Positions 8,405-18,795 of a stretch of 64,000 nt of DNA are shown here, in pieces. The DNA is taken from positions 73,053-137,052 of IMG/VR virus record IMGVR_UViG_3300023049_000005; one strand, 5' to 3'. The stretch is from a virus. The notes under the pieces are model-generated. The model was not told where the DNA came from. It made no database searches and saw only the letters and a program-made list of their open reading frames with translations. The number at the start of each line of letters is the position of its first letter. Positions within the stretch are counted from its first letter, which is position 1. Made by a program: the position numbers and the translations under genes.

Positions 8405-9175
8405 TTGAAAATAATTAAAGAATTTTGGGAGTTTTCTAAAAACCTACACAACCACAACGGTTACGTAAAGAGATCACATGAGATGTTAGTTGATGTAATT
8501 GACAAGTTTGTCCCCGAAGAAGGGAAGTGGTTCGAAGATAAAAACAAGAATGCTATCTTCATTAAAAAAGTAGAAGATGGTAAATATTATGGTCACAATA
8601 GAGATGGTCAGGATATTGAAGGAGACGTTCAAGATATCAGAAGTGAATTAACTAATGAATTATACATAGGGAATAATTTTGTAGTAAGTAAAAAATTAGA
8701 TAATAAAAAGCTACAATATGTGGGGGGTGGATCAGAAGCTATTGGAATTTTTACCGATGGAGAATATGCTTATAAAATAATAAGACCTGATTTAGTTCCT
8801 GAAATAGATATTATTAAATCTAAATACGTGAATCTAGGTTGTCCATCCGTGATTAAAATACATGATGCGTGGTTAGAGGAAACAAGAGATGGTTGGGAAA
8901 ATGTTATAATCAAAATGGAAGAACTAGAGCCTTTACCTTTAGAAAAAGTAAAAGATCAAGATGAATTAGAATGGGTAAGAAAAAGACTTTGGGAGTCACA
9001 AGACAACCAAGAACCCATTAAAGATTTAATACACGAAGTAAAAGATCCTGAAACCAAAAAGATGATACAAGCAATTATTGATGCCCAAAAATGTTTAGGA
9101 CATTTGGATATTGGTTTACATAATTTAATGTATGATCCGAAAAATGATCAATATAAGCAAATAGATATCTTTTAA
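8405..9175 (+). CDS. Hypothetical protein (weak kinase-like HLDIGLHNL motif)
   Basis: 256-aa ORF; TTAATATATAAG motif upstream. Confidence 0.5.
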   Translation: MKIIKEFWEFSKNLHNHNGYVKRSHEMLVDVIDKFVPEEGKWFEDKNKNAIFIKKVEDGKYYGHNRDGQDIEGDVQDIRSELTNELYIGNNFVVSKKLDNKKLQYVGGGSEAIGIFTDGEYAYKIIRPDLVPEIDIIKSKYVNLGCPSVIKIHDAWLEETRDGWENVIIKMEELEPLPLEKVKDQDELEWVRKRLWESQDNQEPIKDLIHEVKDPETKKMIQAIIDAQKCLGHLDIGLHNLMYDPKNDQYKQIDIF

Positions 9176-9176
9176 T

Positions 9177-9187
9177 TTAATATATAG
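9177..9187 (+). promoter_or_regulatory. TTAATATATAG motif 3 nt upstream of start codon
   Basis: Recurring motif. Confidence 0.3.
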
Positions 9188-9190
9188 GTT

Positions 9191-11884
9191 ATGAAATTTA
9201 TCAGAAGTAGAAACCAATTCAAAATATTAGAAAATGTACAACAAGCGAAGTCAGTCTTAAAGAAGTTTGATTTAGGTACATCACACCAAGACTATCAAAA
9301 GTTAAGAGAACTTATAGATGATGAGTTTGGTAATTTAAATTACTTGGGTCTTATGACTAAGTATAGATTCGAACAAGAGATTTCTATGGATGAATTAAAG
9401 GATATGTTACCTTGGTTAAAAGATAACGGTAATAGACTTCCAAAGAATCCACTTAAATACTCAGAATTCGAGGAATTAAAGGATGATATTATCACAGTAG
9501 ACAATAAACAAAGAGTAAAAGAAATTTATGATCTATACCCAAGAGCGCAAAAAGACGTAATGAATATAGAAGATGAAGAATTACAGAATAAGTTTTTAAA
9601 AATACATGAGATTAGTAAGATAGACCAATTCAAACAAAAACTATCTTCTTTAAAATCAGAGGAAGATATTAAAAGACATTTAAATGAGTTCATTTCTAAA
9701 TATTCTAAAGACTTAACTGAGTTCGGTACTATACAAAAAATAAAGAAAACGGATTCTAAAATCTTATATAAGAAAGGCGAAATTATAGTAGCTGAGGTAT
9801 TTGATTATCCTGCTTCACAAAAACTAGGATCTTCTAATTGGTGTATATCAACAGGAGAGGGTTCATTTAATTCTTATACTAGGGGAACTAAAAGACAATT
9901 CTTTATGTGGGATTTTTCTTTAGATCAAACTGATCCACTTTTCTTAGTGGGTTTCACTACTAACTCAAACGGAAGTATAACCAATATACATGATATGAGA
10001 GATAAGAGCTTAACAGGTAGTATTCCTGAAAAAGTAAGAACATCAATGTCTTCTATGGATATTTCTATAAAACCATTTGAATTCAAACAGCAGATATTTG
10101 ATAAAGTAGAACGAGAAGATGATTTAGAATTAATCGAATTAGAAAACACTGATTACGTATTACTACACCTAAAAAGTAGTTTATACCTAAATGATATAGT
10201 ATTTAATAGTCTTACTTCATATGATAAGAAAGCAAATAACTATTACTTATATGACTTCAGTAAAGATTTAAATTCTAATGATTTCTTTTGTCATATTAAA
10301 ACAAATGAACTAAAAAGTGTTAAGAATATGACTGCTCATTATGGTACTGATACTAAACATTATGTATTAAATAACGGGAAAGTAACAACAAATGAATTCA
10401 CAACAGAAGAGGACAAGTACATCTTATCTCTTTTCGAAAAAGAAATAACGCCTAAAGACTTAACAAAATATTATGAAGATAAGAAAAAGACCTATTTAGA
10501 CCAATTGGAAGATTTACCCGAAGAGATGGAAAGTCATTGGGGAACATCAAAACTTATTAAGGACACAGATAATCAGTTTTTATACCAAATAGGACATGGT
10601 AGAGATATAGAAAAGTTCAAATTTGATACCGATTATGGAATCAGGTATGACAATAAAAGACAAGACGGCAGCTCTATACATAGTTCTAATCTATATGTTT
10701 TAGTTAATAAGAATTTAGAGCCAATGGATAAAGATTTTATACAAGTAATATATGCTAAAGAAGGAGAATCAACAGTATATTTCCATTCTACTGATGAAGT
10801 AAAAAGAACTATTCCTAATGTAAGTTTACCTAAAGAAATAGGACAATTAATAGAGACGGGTGATATAGTACCTAAATCAGAAGCTGAGGTTAGAAAACAA
10901 ATCAAAGAGAAACAAGACGAATTTTGGGCTGAGGTAGAGGAAAAATATTCAGATCATAGAATAGATACATACGCACAAGCATTATATGACTATTTAGTAG
11001 AAATAGATGAAATAGATACAGAAGATTACCCTGATTATAAAAAAGTAATCATACCTAATGATGCCCATTATGATTTATATCAGTTTTCTATTTATGATTA
11101 TAGTTCAATGATATTAAATCAAAGATATAACGAAAGTAGTTATGCTATTGGTACAGACGATGAAATGGATAAAGCCGCATATGAATACCAAAGCCAATTA
11201 TTAGATGAGTTAGGATATGAAGGAATAAATGGTATTGAACAATTTATAAATGGTGAAGATGTTGCTGATAATTATTTATCAGGTGAACAAAGCTACTTAG
11301 AAGAAATGATTAGAGAAGACCCTGAGTATTATATAGAAAAGAAGAAAGTAGAAGGATATGATGAAAAATATGAAGCCTTAGAGAACCAAAAAGAGAAATT
11401 GGATGATCAAATATATGACCACGAACAAGATATTGAAGAATTCGGAAGAGATATTGAATCGGGTGAATATGATGAAGATTGGATAAGTAAAGCAAAAGAA
11501 GACATCAAAACATTAGAAACTGAAATAGAAGAATATAAAACCGAAATAGAAACCATTGATGAAACCATTGATGAAATGGATGATGAAGATAATGAAGAAT
11601 ATTGGGAATACAGAGAGGAAGATATCGAAGCTAAAGCTGAAGAGTTATATGATGAAAAATATGAAGAAGTAAAGAACGATCCCATAGAATATTTCAAAGA
11701 AATAGGATACGAAGAGTCTGCCTTAGCTAAAGAACTAGCACCTTATATTGATAAAAAAGAAGTCATCGAATATATAATTGATAGTGACGGTAGGTCACAC
11801 GGTTTAGCAGGATATGATGGACAAGAATATTATCATAATTTCGAAGACGAAGATTATTATATCATAATAATTAACAAACACTAA
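9191..11884 (+). CDS. Large hypothetical protein with Glu/Asp/Tyr-rich repetitive C-terminal region
   Basis: 897-aa ORF; TTAATATATAG motif 3 nt upstream of ATG. Confidence 0.55.
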   Translation: MKFIRSRNQFKILENVQQAKSVLKKFDLGTSHQDYQKLRELIDDEFGNLNYLGLMTKYRFEQEISMDELKDMLPWLKDNGNRLPKNPLKYSEFEELKDDIITVDNKQRVKEIYDLYPRAQKDVMNIEDEELQNKFLKIHEISKIDQFKQKLSSLKSEEDIKRHLNEFISKYSKDLTEFGTIQKIKKTDSKILYKKGEIIVAEVFDYPASQKLGSSNWCISTGEGSFNSYTRGTKRQFFMWDFSLDQTDPLFLVGFTTNSNGSITNIHDMRDKSLTGSIPEKVRTSMSSMDISIKPFEFKQQIFDKVEREDDLELIELENTDYVLLHLKSSLYLNDIVFNSLTSYDKKANNYYLYDFSKDLNSNDFFCHIKTNELKSVKNMTAHYGTDTKHYVLNNGKVTTNEFTTEEDKYILSLFEKEITPKDLTKYYEDKKKTYLDQLEDLPEEMESHWGTSKLIKDTDNQFLYQIGHGRDIEKFKFDTDYGIRYDNKRQDGSSIHSSNLYVLVNKNLEPMDKDFIQVIYAKEGESTVYFHSTDEVKRTIPNVSLPKEIGQLIETGDIVPKSEAEVRKQIKEKQDEFWAEVEEKYSDHRIDTYAQALYDYLVEIDEIDTEDYPDYKKVIIPNDAHYDLYQFSIYDYSSMILNQRYNESSYAIGTDDEMDKAAYEYQSQLLDELGYEGINGIEQFINGEDVADNYLSGEQSYLEEMIREDPEYYIEKKKVEGYDEKYEALENQKEKLDDQIYDHEQDIEEFGRDIESGEYDEDWISKAKEDIKTLETEIEEYKTEIETIDETIDEMDDEDNEEYWEYREEDIEAKAEELYDEKYEEVKNDPIEYFKEIGYEESALAKELAPYIDKKEVIEYIIDSDGRSHGLAGYDGQEYYHNFEDEDYYIIIINKH

Positions 11885-11916
11885 ACTTTATTTTATTTAT
11901 TAATATAAAAAGTAAA

Positions 11917-12330
11917 ATGAAAATAGATAAGAGCAATTATAGCCTAGTATTAATGTTTAGTACTGAAGGCAATTACAATGGATCTTTCAACGTTGTATAC
12001 AAAGACAGAATTTTTTCTAAAGAAACTGAAATATATGATGCTTCATATATAACAGAAGAAGAAAAGGGTTATCCTCTTTCTGATACATTGAAAAAGTCTT
12101 TGAAACAAATTGGAGGAATAATAGGAAAGGAATTTTCCAAAAAAGGATATGTTGTTTCTAATATTCATCTAGAATATTCACCCAATAAAGGAAACATTAA
12201 AATAATGTTTGCAACAGGAGATAATACAAACGAAGTTTCTTTTTCACTAATGGAGAATAAGCAAGTGTGTAAAAAGGCATTAAGTCTTTCTAGAAGTATA
12301 TCAAATTATATGATGAAGAAATTAAAGTAA
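11917..12330 (+). CDS. Hypothetical protein
   Basis: 137-aa ORF. Confidence 0.45.
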   Translation: MKIDKSNYSLVLMFSTEGNYNGSFNVVYKDRIFSKETEIYDASYITEEEKGYPLSDTLKKSLKQIGGIIGKEFSKKGYVVSNIHLEYSPNKGNIKIMFATGDNTNEVSFSLMENKQVCKKALSLSRSISNYMMKKLK

Positions 12331-12352
12331 GATTTGGCAAGGTGGTAGTAAC

Positions 12353-12386
12353 AAAAAAGGAGTAGATTTTTCTACTCCTTTTTTGT
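12353..12386. terminator. Bidirectional rho-independent terminator between convergent genes (aaaaaaggagtag-attttt-ctactcctttttt)
   Basis: 8-bp perfect stem flanked by A-run and T-run. Confidence 0.65.
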
Positions 12387-12428
12387 TTTAAACTGTTGTT
12401 AATAATATCTATGGGATTGTGCGTCATA

Positions 12429-13463
12429 TTACTTATTGAACCTAATGAATGCGTTTTGTGTCATATGAACATATTCTGCCTTTCCTATAAATTCAACGAG
12501 ATTGCGTTTACCACAATAACTCATTGCGCTTTTTAAATAGTCTCTGAAATTCTCAGTCCAACCACTAAGAGTATATTCTACTTTGCTATACTTAGTAATA
12601 CCCTCACTAGTGGTTAGTTTTTTCTTTCCCCATTTCTTTTGAACTTCTTTAGTGGACATTCCTCTATAATATGAGAATATAATTTCTCCTTCTTTAAGAA
12701 GTTTTTCGGCTTTGTTGTTAGTTATCTCTATGTAGTTATCTTTTTCTAATATGTATTTAGGTGTACATGATTCTAATGTTTTGTTTAGAATCCCACCTAA
12801 CATAATATAATTTGCGCCAACCGCTAATGCTTTAATAATATCACTGAAGTTTCTAAACCCACCATCAGCTACTATCTTAGTATCATATCCTTTAGATCTC
12901 TTGATCTTAGCACACTCTTCTACCAATGATCCCATAGGATAATGTACTGATGTGTTTGCACTAGTCGTACAAGCAGACCCACCGCCTATACCACAACGCA
13001 CATAGTCTACACCTATTTTACCATATTCTCTAAAGGTTTCAGGGTTAGCTATATTACCTATCATTAATTCTTTATCAGGGAACTTCTCTTTGTATTCCTT
13101 GGATAGATCCAATAATTTTTTCATATGACCATTAGCAACATCTACTAATAATTTTTGTGGTGGGTTTTGGTTAATGCTAATAATATCTTCGAATTCTGAT
13201 ATACTGACAGAGATAAAATACTTATCTACGTCTTCGTTTTTCCATACACTATTAGTATCTTCTGTTCTTGGTATACATACCTCAAATCCCCTTTCTAAGA
13301 ATTTATCATAGTTTTCCATATCTACTACTGTATCCATGGGTGATACGACTAAGGGTAATTTGCCCCCTTTATAGTAGATGTTTACTTCACTTCTAGATTC
13401 TATATCAGAGATTGCTGCAGGAACAATAGTAATATCATTCCAATCGAACTTTAAATTATCCAT
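12429..13463 (-). CDS. guaC: GMP reductase (GuaC; IMPDH/GMPR family without CBS domains)
   Basis: 344 aa; aligns along its length with E. coli GuaC (VDVANGH, GIGGGSACTT catalytic Cys loop, VADGG, YIMLGG, FYRGMS). Confidence 0.8.
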   Translation of the reverse strand: MDNLKFDWNDITIVPAAISDIESRSEVNIYYKGGKLPLVVSPMDTVVDMENYDKFLERGFEVCIPRTEDTNSVWKNEDVDKYFISVSISEFEDIISINQNPPQKLLVDVANGHMKKLLDLSKEYKEKFPDKELMIGNIANPETFREYGKIGVDYVRCGIGGGSACTTSANTSVHYPMGSLVEECAKIKRSKGYDTKIVADGGFRNFSDIIKALAVGANYIMLGGILNKTLESCTPKYILEKDNYIEITNNKAEKLLKEGEIIFSYYRGMSTKEVQKKWGKKKLTTSEGITKYSKVEYTLSGWTENFRDYLKSAMSYCGKRNLVEFIGKAEYVHMTQNAFIRFNK

Positions 13464-13642
13464 ATTTATATTTTAGATTTTTCGGTATAACACCAAATCT
13501 TATATAAATAGAAACAGAAAAAGTTTCGATATATCGAGTAAAATAATTTAATATATAGTTTAATAGACGAGACAATAGGAAATAAGAAAAAAGTGAGAAA
13601 AAAACAATAATATATATTATAGAAAAAATAAAAGAAATTAAT

Positions 13643-14932
13643 ATGATTAATTTAAAATTAGAGCTTTATAACTTCAAAAAAGGTCTAGACTTCGAAGAAC
13701 AAGAGGATATTTCAAGAATAGTTGAAACACATTTCAACCATGTAGGAAATTATTCTGAGAAACAAATAATAAGATCTCTTAATGAGAAATTATCAGTTCA
13801 TACTTATGATAAGAGCGTGATATCTCTATTAGAGAACCTTAACACAGACTTAAAAAGTAATGAGTTAATTTATGACTTAAAGGATTTATTTAAGATCATT
13901 GAATCAAAAAACCAAGGAATGATTTACAGACAAGCACTTAATGTGTTGTTAGAAATCATTAACACTGAGGATGAATCAGATGTAAAGAATAAGATATTGA
14001 ACGAATTGGCACTCCATGACTGGGTTCCTGAGATCAAAGTATTTTTACATAACTTACACAGCAATCCTGAAAAGAAAAACAACTTACTTAACGGTGGTGA
14101 AGCAAGCAACTTATTTACAATTGTAGAACAAGTTGAAAACGGACACGTTGCTTTAATTGATAGCAATTGGTTTTTCTTAGGGGAAGACAAAGTAGAAAAA
14201 ACATTATTAGAAAACCACATTAAGGAAGCTGATAAAGTTGCTACATTACGTCAATTACAAACAGCATTAGAATATGCTACTATCTCAGAACATAGAATTG
14301 ATTTCAAATTAGATGAAAACATTACAGTTGGTATTTCAGTAGATGAAAACTCAACTTTCATTAATGAAGATAAATTAGAGAAGGAAACTTCAATTGAGAA
14401 TTTATTTAACTCTCCAATTGTACCTATCGCTAAAAAGACTTTCTTCCCATTAATTAAATCAATTTCTGAGAACAAAGATAAGATCGTTGATCTAGATGTT
14501 GTTAAACATGTTTCTAACGTAGGAAATCCATTTGTTGAATGTTTTGCTTTTAATCATGGAAATGAAGTTTATCTATACAGAAAAGATTCTAGACAAGGAA
14601 CAAGTTTCTACAAATATGAATCAGCGACTGAATTAGTAAATGACGTGAAAAACGATTTACAATATGATCTAACTTATTTCTTTGAAAATAAATTAGACAA
14701 AGAGGTTATTAAACACAGAAAGTTAGAAGATAAGATCAGAGAGCTTGAAGTAAGCTTAGATGATATCGAAACTAATAAAGAAAGGGTTGACGCTAATATC
14801 AAAATGATAGGCGAAAGCGAAGTATTAGACAAAGCTTTACAACTCTTAGAAAAAAAGAAAGAAGAAGTTACTTCTGAGCTTAATGCTGCTAAAAGAGTAA
14901 TGTCTGATTCTAGAGAGAAAAGTTTTTCATAA
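13643..14932 (+). CDS. Hypothetical protein with C-terminal coiled coil
   Basis: 429-aa ORF. Confidence 0.5.
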   Translation: MINLKLELYNFKKGLDFEEQEDISRIVETHFNHVGNYSEKQIIRSLNEKLSVHTYDKSVISLLENLNTDLKSNELIYDLKDLFKIIESKNQGMIYRQALNVLLEIINTEDESDVKNKILNELALHDWVPEIKVFLHNLHSNPEKKNNLLNGGEASNLFTIVEQVENGHVALIDSNWFFLGEDKVEKTLLENHIKEADKVATLRQLQTALEYATISEHRIDFKLDENITVGISVDENSTFINEDKLEKETSIENLFNSPIVPIAKKTFFPLIKSISENKDKIVDLDVVKHVSNVGNPFVECFAFNHGNEVYLYRKDSRQGTSFYKYESATELVNDVKNDLQYDLTYFFENKLDKEVIKHRKLEDKIRELEVSLDDIETNKERVDANIKMIGESEVLDKALQLLEKKKEEVTSELNAAKRVMSDSREKSFS

Positions 14933-14954
14933 ATCTTAATATTAATCATCGAAG

Positions 14955-14983
14955 AAAGAGATAGTAACCTATCTCTTTTTTTG
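14955..14983 (+). terminator. Rho-independent terminator (aagagatag-taac-ctatctctt + T-run)
   Basis: 9-bp stem, T6 tail, directly after 13643..14932. Confidence 0.55.
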
Positions 14984-15130
14984 TGTCTAATAGTCTGATA
15001 ATCAGATAGTTATAAACTTTTTTTAAAGTATTACTATAAGTAACAGCATATAAATAGCACATAATAGCACATAATAGCCCAAACGATTAAAAACCCCTTG
15101 TAGAAAGGAAGAAAAAAATTAAAAAGGACT

Positions 15131-15499
15131 ATGTACTTATCATCAAAAAAATTATTCTGTGAGATCATCATTTCAAAAGCAAAAGGAGATCTTACTAGGA
15201 AAGCACAATCTATGCTAATATTATTAGCAGATAGAACAATAGAGAAATTCACATACTATGACCCTGAAGATAAATTTGATTGTTATCAACAAGGGCTATA
15301 CGATCTGTTTAAGAATTGGCATTTGTTTAATGAACAAAAATCAGAGAATGCGTTTGCATACCTAACAGAAATATTTAAGCGTGGTGCTACACAAGGGCTG
15401 AATAAGATTCATAAAAGAAAGGGGTCTGATGGTACTAATATAAAAGTTTATAGTATAGACAGTATTAATGATGGGCAAGGAATGCATAATATCATTTAA
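15131..15499 (+). CDS. Late-transcription sigma factor, T4 gp55-like
   Basis: 122 aa; QSMLILLADRT..., NAFAYLTEIFKRGATQGLNKIHKRK parallels T4 gp55 GLAIMLIAEG... [23 protein letters not shown]. Confidence 0.65.
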   Translation: MYLSSKKLFCEIIISKAKGDLTRKAQSMLILLADRTIEKFTYYDPEDKFDCYQQGLYDLFKNWHLFNEQKSENAFAYLTEIFKRGATQGLNKIHKRKGSDGTNIKVYSIDSINDGQGMHNII

Positions 15500-15510
15500 A
15501 TATATACTGT

Positions 15511-15987
15511 ATGAAAATAATTAAACCATTCAGTAAATTTTTAGAATCACATGAATTTACATTAGACAAAGGAAGTAAATTTTTCGATAAAGTATACTTT
15601 CCTAATATAGCTATTCTCCCTAAAGAGAATGAGGTTTCCTTCTCATACCAATCTCCACATAATTATGATCTAGAAATCGATATTAGATTTGATATCAGAA
15701 CAGGAAACTTTACAAGAGGAACAATCGGTCATTTAGTAAAAGGATGGTCATTTGATATAGGTAAAGGTCATAAAGAAATTAGTGGGTTCGAAGATGATAG
15801 TGAACATTTCGAAACACTAATAAAGATATCACAACAAGCAGTAAGAGAAGAGTTAAAACAATTACAAGAAGTAGCATCAAAAGAACCTACTTTAAAAGCA
15901 GAAGGTGATCTATATTATGATACTGACTTCTTGTTTAATACTACTGTTGATATAATCAAAACAAGTGCCTATAAAGGTATGTTTTAA
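15511..15987 (+). CDS. Hypothetical protein
   Basis: 158-aa ORF. Confidence 0.45.
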   Translation: MKIIKPFSKFLESHEFTLDKGSKFFDKVYFPNIAILPKENEVSFSYQSPHNYDLEIDIRFDIRTGNFTRGTIGHLVKGWSFDIGKGHKEISGFEDDSEHFETLIKISQQAVREELKQLQEVASKEPTLKAEGDLYYDTDFLFNTTVDIIKTSAYKGMF

Positions 15988-16616
15988 GTGGTTTCTAATT
16001 CTTCTTCCTCTTTCGTTAAATTAGGTATATAAAGGTTAGTTGGTTCGTCTTTTTTGACCTCAATACCACTATAATCACCCCTAAATCCACTAATATTAAA
16101 GGGTCTTACTATTAGGTGAATACCACTATTAGACTTCACCTCAGTTACATATTTAGTAACATCGATAGGTTTATAATTTTCTAGATCTGCTTTTAATGTA
16201 TCTAAGTTAAACATTGGGTCTTCTAAGTTCTCCTTATCGATATCTATGATCCATTTAGTATCGGATTCAGCAGCATATCTTCCTGCACAAGAAGAAAACA
16301 CCTTTGATAATCTATGGTAATTCTCGCTGTCTATTACATCCATGATGTCTTTAGTCATCTTAGTTGCTAACTTCTTATAACTCCTTTTATTTAATCGGAT
16401 AGTAACTCTTGCGTTATACTTCTCAGCATATTCAATCATTCTTTCTTTTTTATTATCAAAGTACTCAAAACTATTTATATAATAATCTCTGATCACAGCC
16501 GTATCCTTGTCCATATCAGGGTTATCTTTTCTTCTCTTTAGTATCTGTACGTAATAAAAATCTTCTTTAGAGTCAAATGACATTAGTTTTTTAATGTCGT
16601 CAAAATTGTCAATCAT
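15984..16616 (-). CDS. Hypothetical protein
   Basis: 210-aa ORF. Confidence 0.45.
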   Translation of the reverse strand: MIDNFDDIKKLMSFDSKEDFYYVQILKRRKDNPDMDKDTAVIRDYYINSFEYFDNKKERMIEYAEKYNARVTIRLNKRSYKKLATKMTKDIMDVIDSENYHRLSKVFSSCAGRYAAESDTKWIIDIDKENLEDPMFNLDTLKADLENYKPIDVTKYVTEVKSNSGIHLIVRPFNISGFRGDYSGIEVKKDEPTNLYIPNLTKEEEELETT

Positions 16617-16717
16617 ATGTAATAAATTATTTTATATTATATAACAAAGGTAGTTATTAGTTTTTGTTTTAGGGGAATAAAATTTATCAAATATATAGAA
16701 AAAATATAAACGAGTAT

Positions 16718-17239
16718 ATGAGCATATTTCCCGATAGAAAAGATCTAGGTAAAATACAAGAAGTAGGATACCAAAGCGACCTTGTAGAACAGCTACATGA
16801 TGCTGTTAAGAACATAGATTATGATAATCTAAACGATGAACCTAATTTAAAAATAAACGAAGTTGAGAAATCTAAAACGTTCGTGTGGACAAGAGTTTAT
16901 TTAAAGGAAGATAAAGAAAATATCAAAAAGGGGGATAAAGTATTCTTAAAATATATTCCAACAAATGAGGAAATCGAAATGATATTTGGCGCATATGAAA
17001 AATTAGGACTTAATAAAAACTTTGATGATGAAGTAACTAACTATATCTCTGATGACGATAAGAAAATACTTTGTTGTATGATCGACCAAAATAGACTTAA
17101 TAATGATTCAGATGATATACCTAATTTAAGAACGTTTTTTAGGAATTCAAGATACTATGAAGAAAATCTATTCTTTAAAAGAGATCTAGAAGTTTGGGTA
17201 AATGGTGAGCAATTAGAATACGCTTCAATTAGTTTTTAA
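16718..17239 (+). CDS. Hypothetical protein
   Basis: 173-aa ORF; AATATATAG motif upstream. Confidence 0.45.
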   Translation: MSIFPDRKDLGKIQEVGYQSDLVEQLHDAVKNIDYDNLNDEPNLKINEVEKSKTFVWTRVYLKEDKENIKKGDKVFLKYIPTNEEIEMIFGAYEKLGLNKNFDDEVTNYISDDDKKILCCMIDQNRLNNDSDDIPNLRTFFRNSRYYEENLFFKRDLEVWVNGEQLEYASISF

Positions 17240-17875
17240 TACACTATCGATAAAATCGTCTCTTTTTTTTGGATCTTTATTGTAAATACTTTTCAATATT
17301 TCCGATACTCCTTCTTCTATTTCTATTATAGAATTACCGATATCTTTATATCTAGTTAATTTCTCATGACTTTTAGGATCTGTTATCTCGCTGTTTAAGT
17401 CATTTATGATATTAATTACCTGCGTACTAAGACTATTATACACAATTCTATCTTCTTTGTCTAAATATTTTGCACATTCATAAGTATATTCTTTTATCAA
17501 ATCCATATATGCTTTAGTTATCCAAATGAAATAGCACAATTTAACAGTTTTCACGTACATCAGGATATCATAATGTATTTTACTAATAGGAGTTAATATG
17601 ATTCTCAATAGTATATCTACCTTTTTGTCACGATGATATAAGTTATTTCCATAAACATCGTCTTTTATATCATAATAGATAGTAATTCCGTGTGAAATTA
17701 AAACGAAAAAAGCACCACATATAAGTAAAGTAATTCCTATTTTTGAATGTACGGGGATTATAATAAACGAAAACAGAAATAAAAAAGTAACAAAGAACCT
17801 TATATAAAATAAACATCTGAGAGCAGAGGTAATAAATAATGAGATTCTATTTGATGTTGTTATAGTTCTATACAT
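17225..17875 (-). CDS. Polytopic membrane protein (>=4 predicted TM helices)
   Basis: 216 aa with long hydrophobic stretches in N-terminal half. Confidence 0.45.
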   Translation of the reverse strand: MYRTITTSNRISLFITSALRCLFYIRFFVTFLFLFSFIIIPVHSKIGITLLICGAFFVLISHGITIYYDIKDDVYGNNLYHRDKKVDILLRIILTPISKIHYDILMYVKTVKLCYFIWITKAYMDLIKEYTYECAKYLDKEDRIVYNSLSTQVINIINDLNSEITDPKSHEKLTRYKDIGNSIIEIEEGVSEILKSIYNKDPKKRDDFIDSVLKTN

Positions 17876-18317
17876 CCCTTTTTATCTTACGTAATACTTC
17901 TATTTGCGTATCATGTAATATTTCAAACGCTTCTTCTATTGATACCCATTTAAAATCATCACATTCAGGAAATGGTTCTTTTAATTTTTTACCACCTAAA
18001 TATACTACCATAGAGGTACATTTGAATGGATACTCATATAAAAAGCCATCATATTTATATAAGTATGATTTAAGTTGCTTCTTCCCACTTTTATATACAA
18101 CGATGTCATATTCTTTGATATAAGAACATTTTTCTAGCTTTCTGATGTCTAGATCGGTTTCCTCTCTAAACTCTCTTATAGCAGCATCTAAATACGCCTC
18201 GTTGGGATCTGCGTTACCTTTAGGTATACTCCAAAGATTAGGATCATGATTAGTAGGGTGTTCTACTAATAGTTCTTTGTTTTTGTTAAATAGGAATATA
18301 CCACATGTTGTTTTCAT
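17868..18317 (-). CDS. Nudix hydrolase
   Basis: Nudix box GNADPNEAYLDAAIREFREETDL (Gx5Ex7REUxEE). Confidence 0.7.
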   Translation of the reverse strand: MKTTCGIFLFNKNKELLVEHPTNHDPNLWSIPKGNADPNEAYLDAAIREFREETDLDIRKLEKCSYIKEYDIVVYKSGKKQLKSYLYKYDGFLYEYPFKCTSMVVYLGGKKLKEPFPECDDFKWVSIEEAFEILHDTQIEVLRKIKRDV

Positions 18318-18335
18318 GTCACAAAAATAACTATA

Positions 18336-18779
18336 TTATTTGAATAAATAACGTATTAATTTCTTAAAATGTGGCTCAACTAAATCTAGTGCTTTTTTTC
18401 TTTTACAAAGTTTTACTTTACGTATCTCTTTTTTATCTCTTTTTCCCTTTTCTAAATCTTCATATTCTTCCTTGGTTACTTTGATAATAAAGACATGTAA
18501 GTTCTTCTTGATACCATTCTTCTTATACGTATACTTAAAAGAACTATCAACTTGTCTTAATCCTATATCAATACCCGTTTCTTCCCTCATCTCTAAATAT
18601 GCATTATGAAATAAAGACTTATCTTCTTCGACATGACCTTTAGGTATCGAATACTTTTCGTCACCTTTGAACTTTTTGGGAAGGACTAAGCATATTTTTT
18701 TATTATCTACTATTAATGCTATCCCTGCTAGTTGATGTGATTCTTCTTTAAACGTGTTATATTCCTTAATTATGTACAT
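18336..18779 (-). CDS. Nudix-like hydrolase (divergent box GHVEEDKSLFHNAYLEMREETGI)
   Basis: Second Nudix-type motif immediately upstream of the first. Confidence 0.55.
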   Translation of the reverse strand: MYIIKEYNTFKEESHQLAGIALIVDNKKICLVLPKKFKGDEKYSIPKGHVEEDKSLFHNAYLEMREETGIDIGLRQVDSSFKYTYKKNGIKKNLHVFIIKVTKEEYEDLEKGKRDKKEIRKVKLCKRKKALDLVEPHFKKLIRYLFK

Positions 18780-18795
18780 ATACTATATATTTGTT

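Noticed and set aside
9925-11697. Four antisense ORFs (9925..10149, 10633..10905, 11310..11495, 11407..11697) inside the 897-aa gene
   Set aside because: Low-complexity, Ser/Leu/Ile-rich translations typical of the reverse frame of AT-rich coding DNA; fully overlapped by a long sense ORF.
13924-14949. Antisense ORFs inside 13643..14932
   Set aside because: Same reasoning; shadow ORFs.
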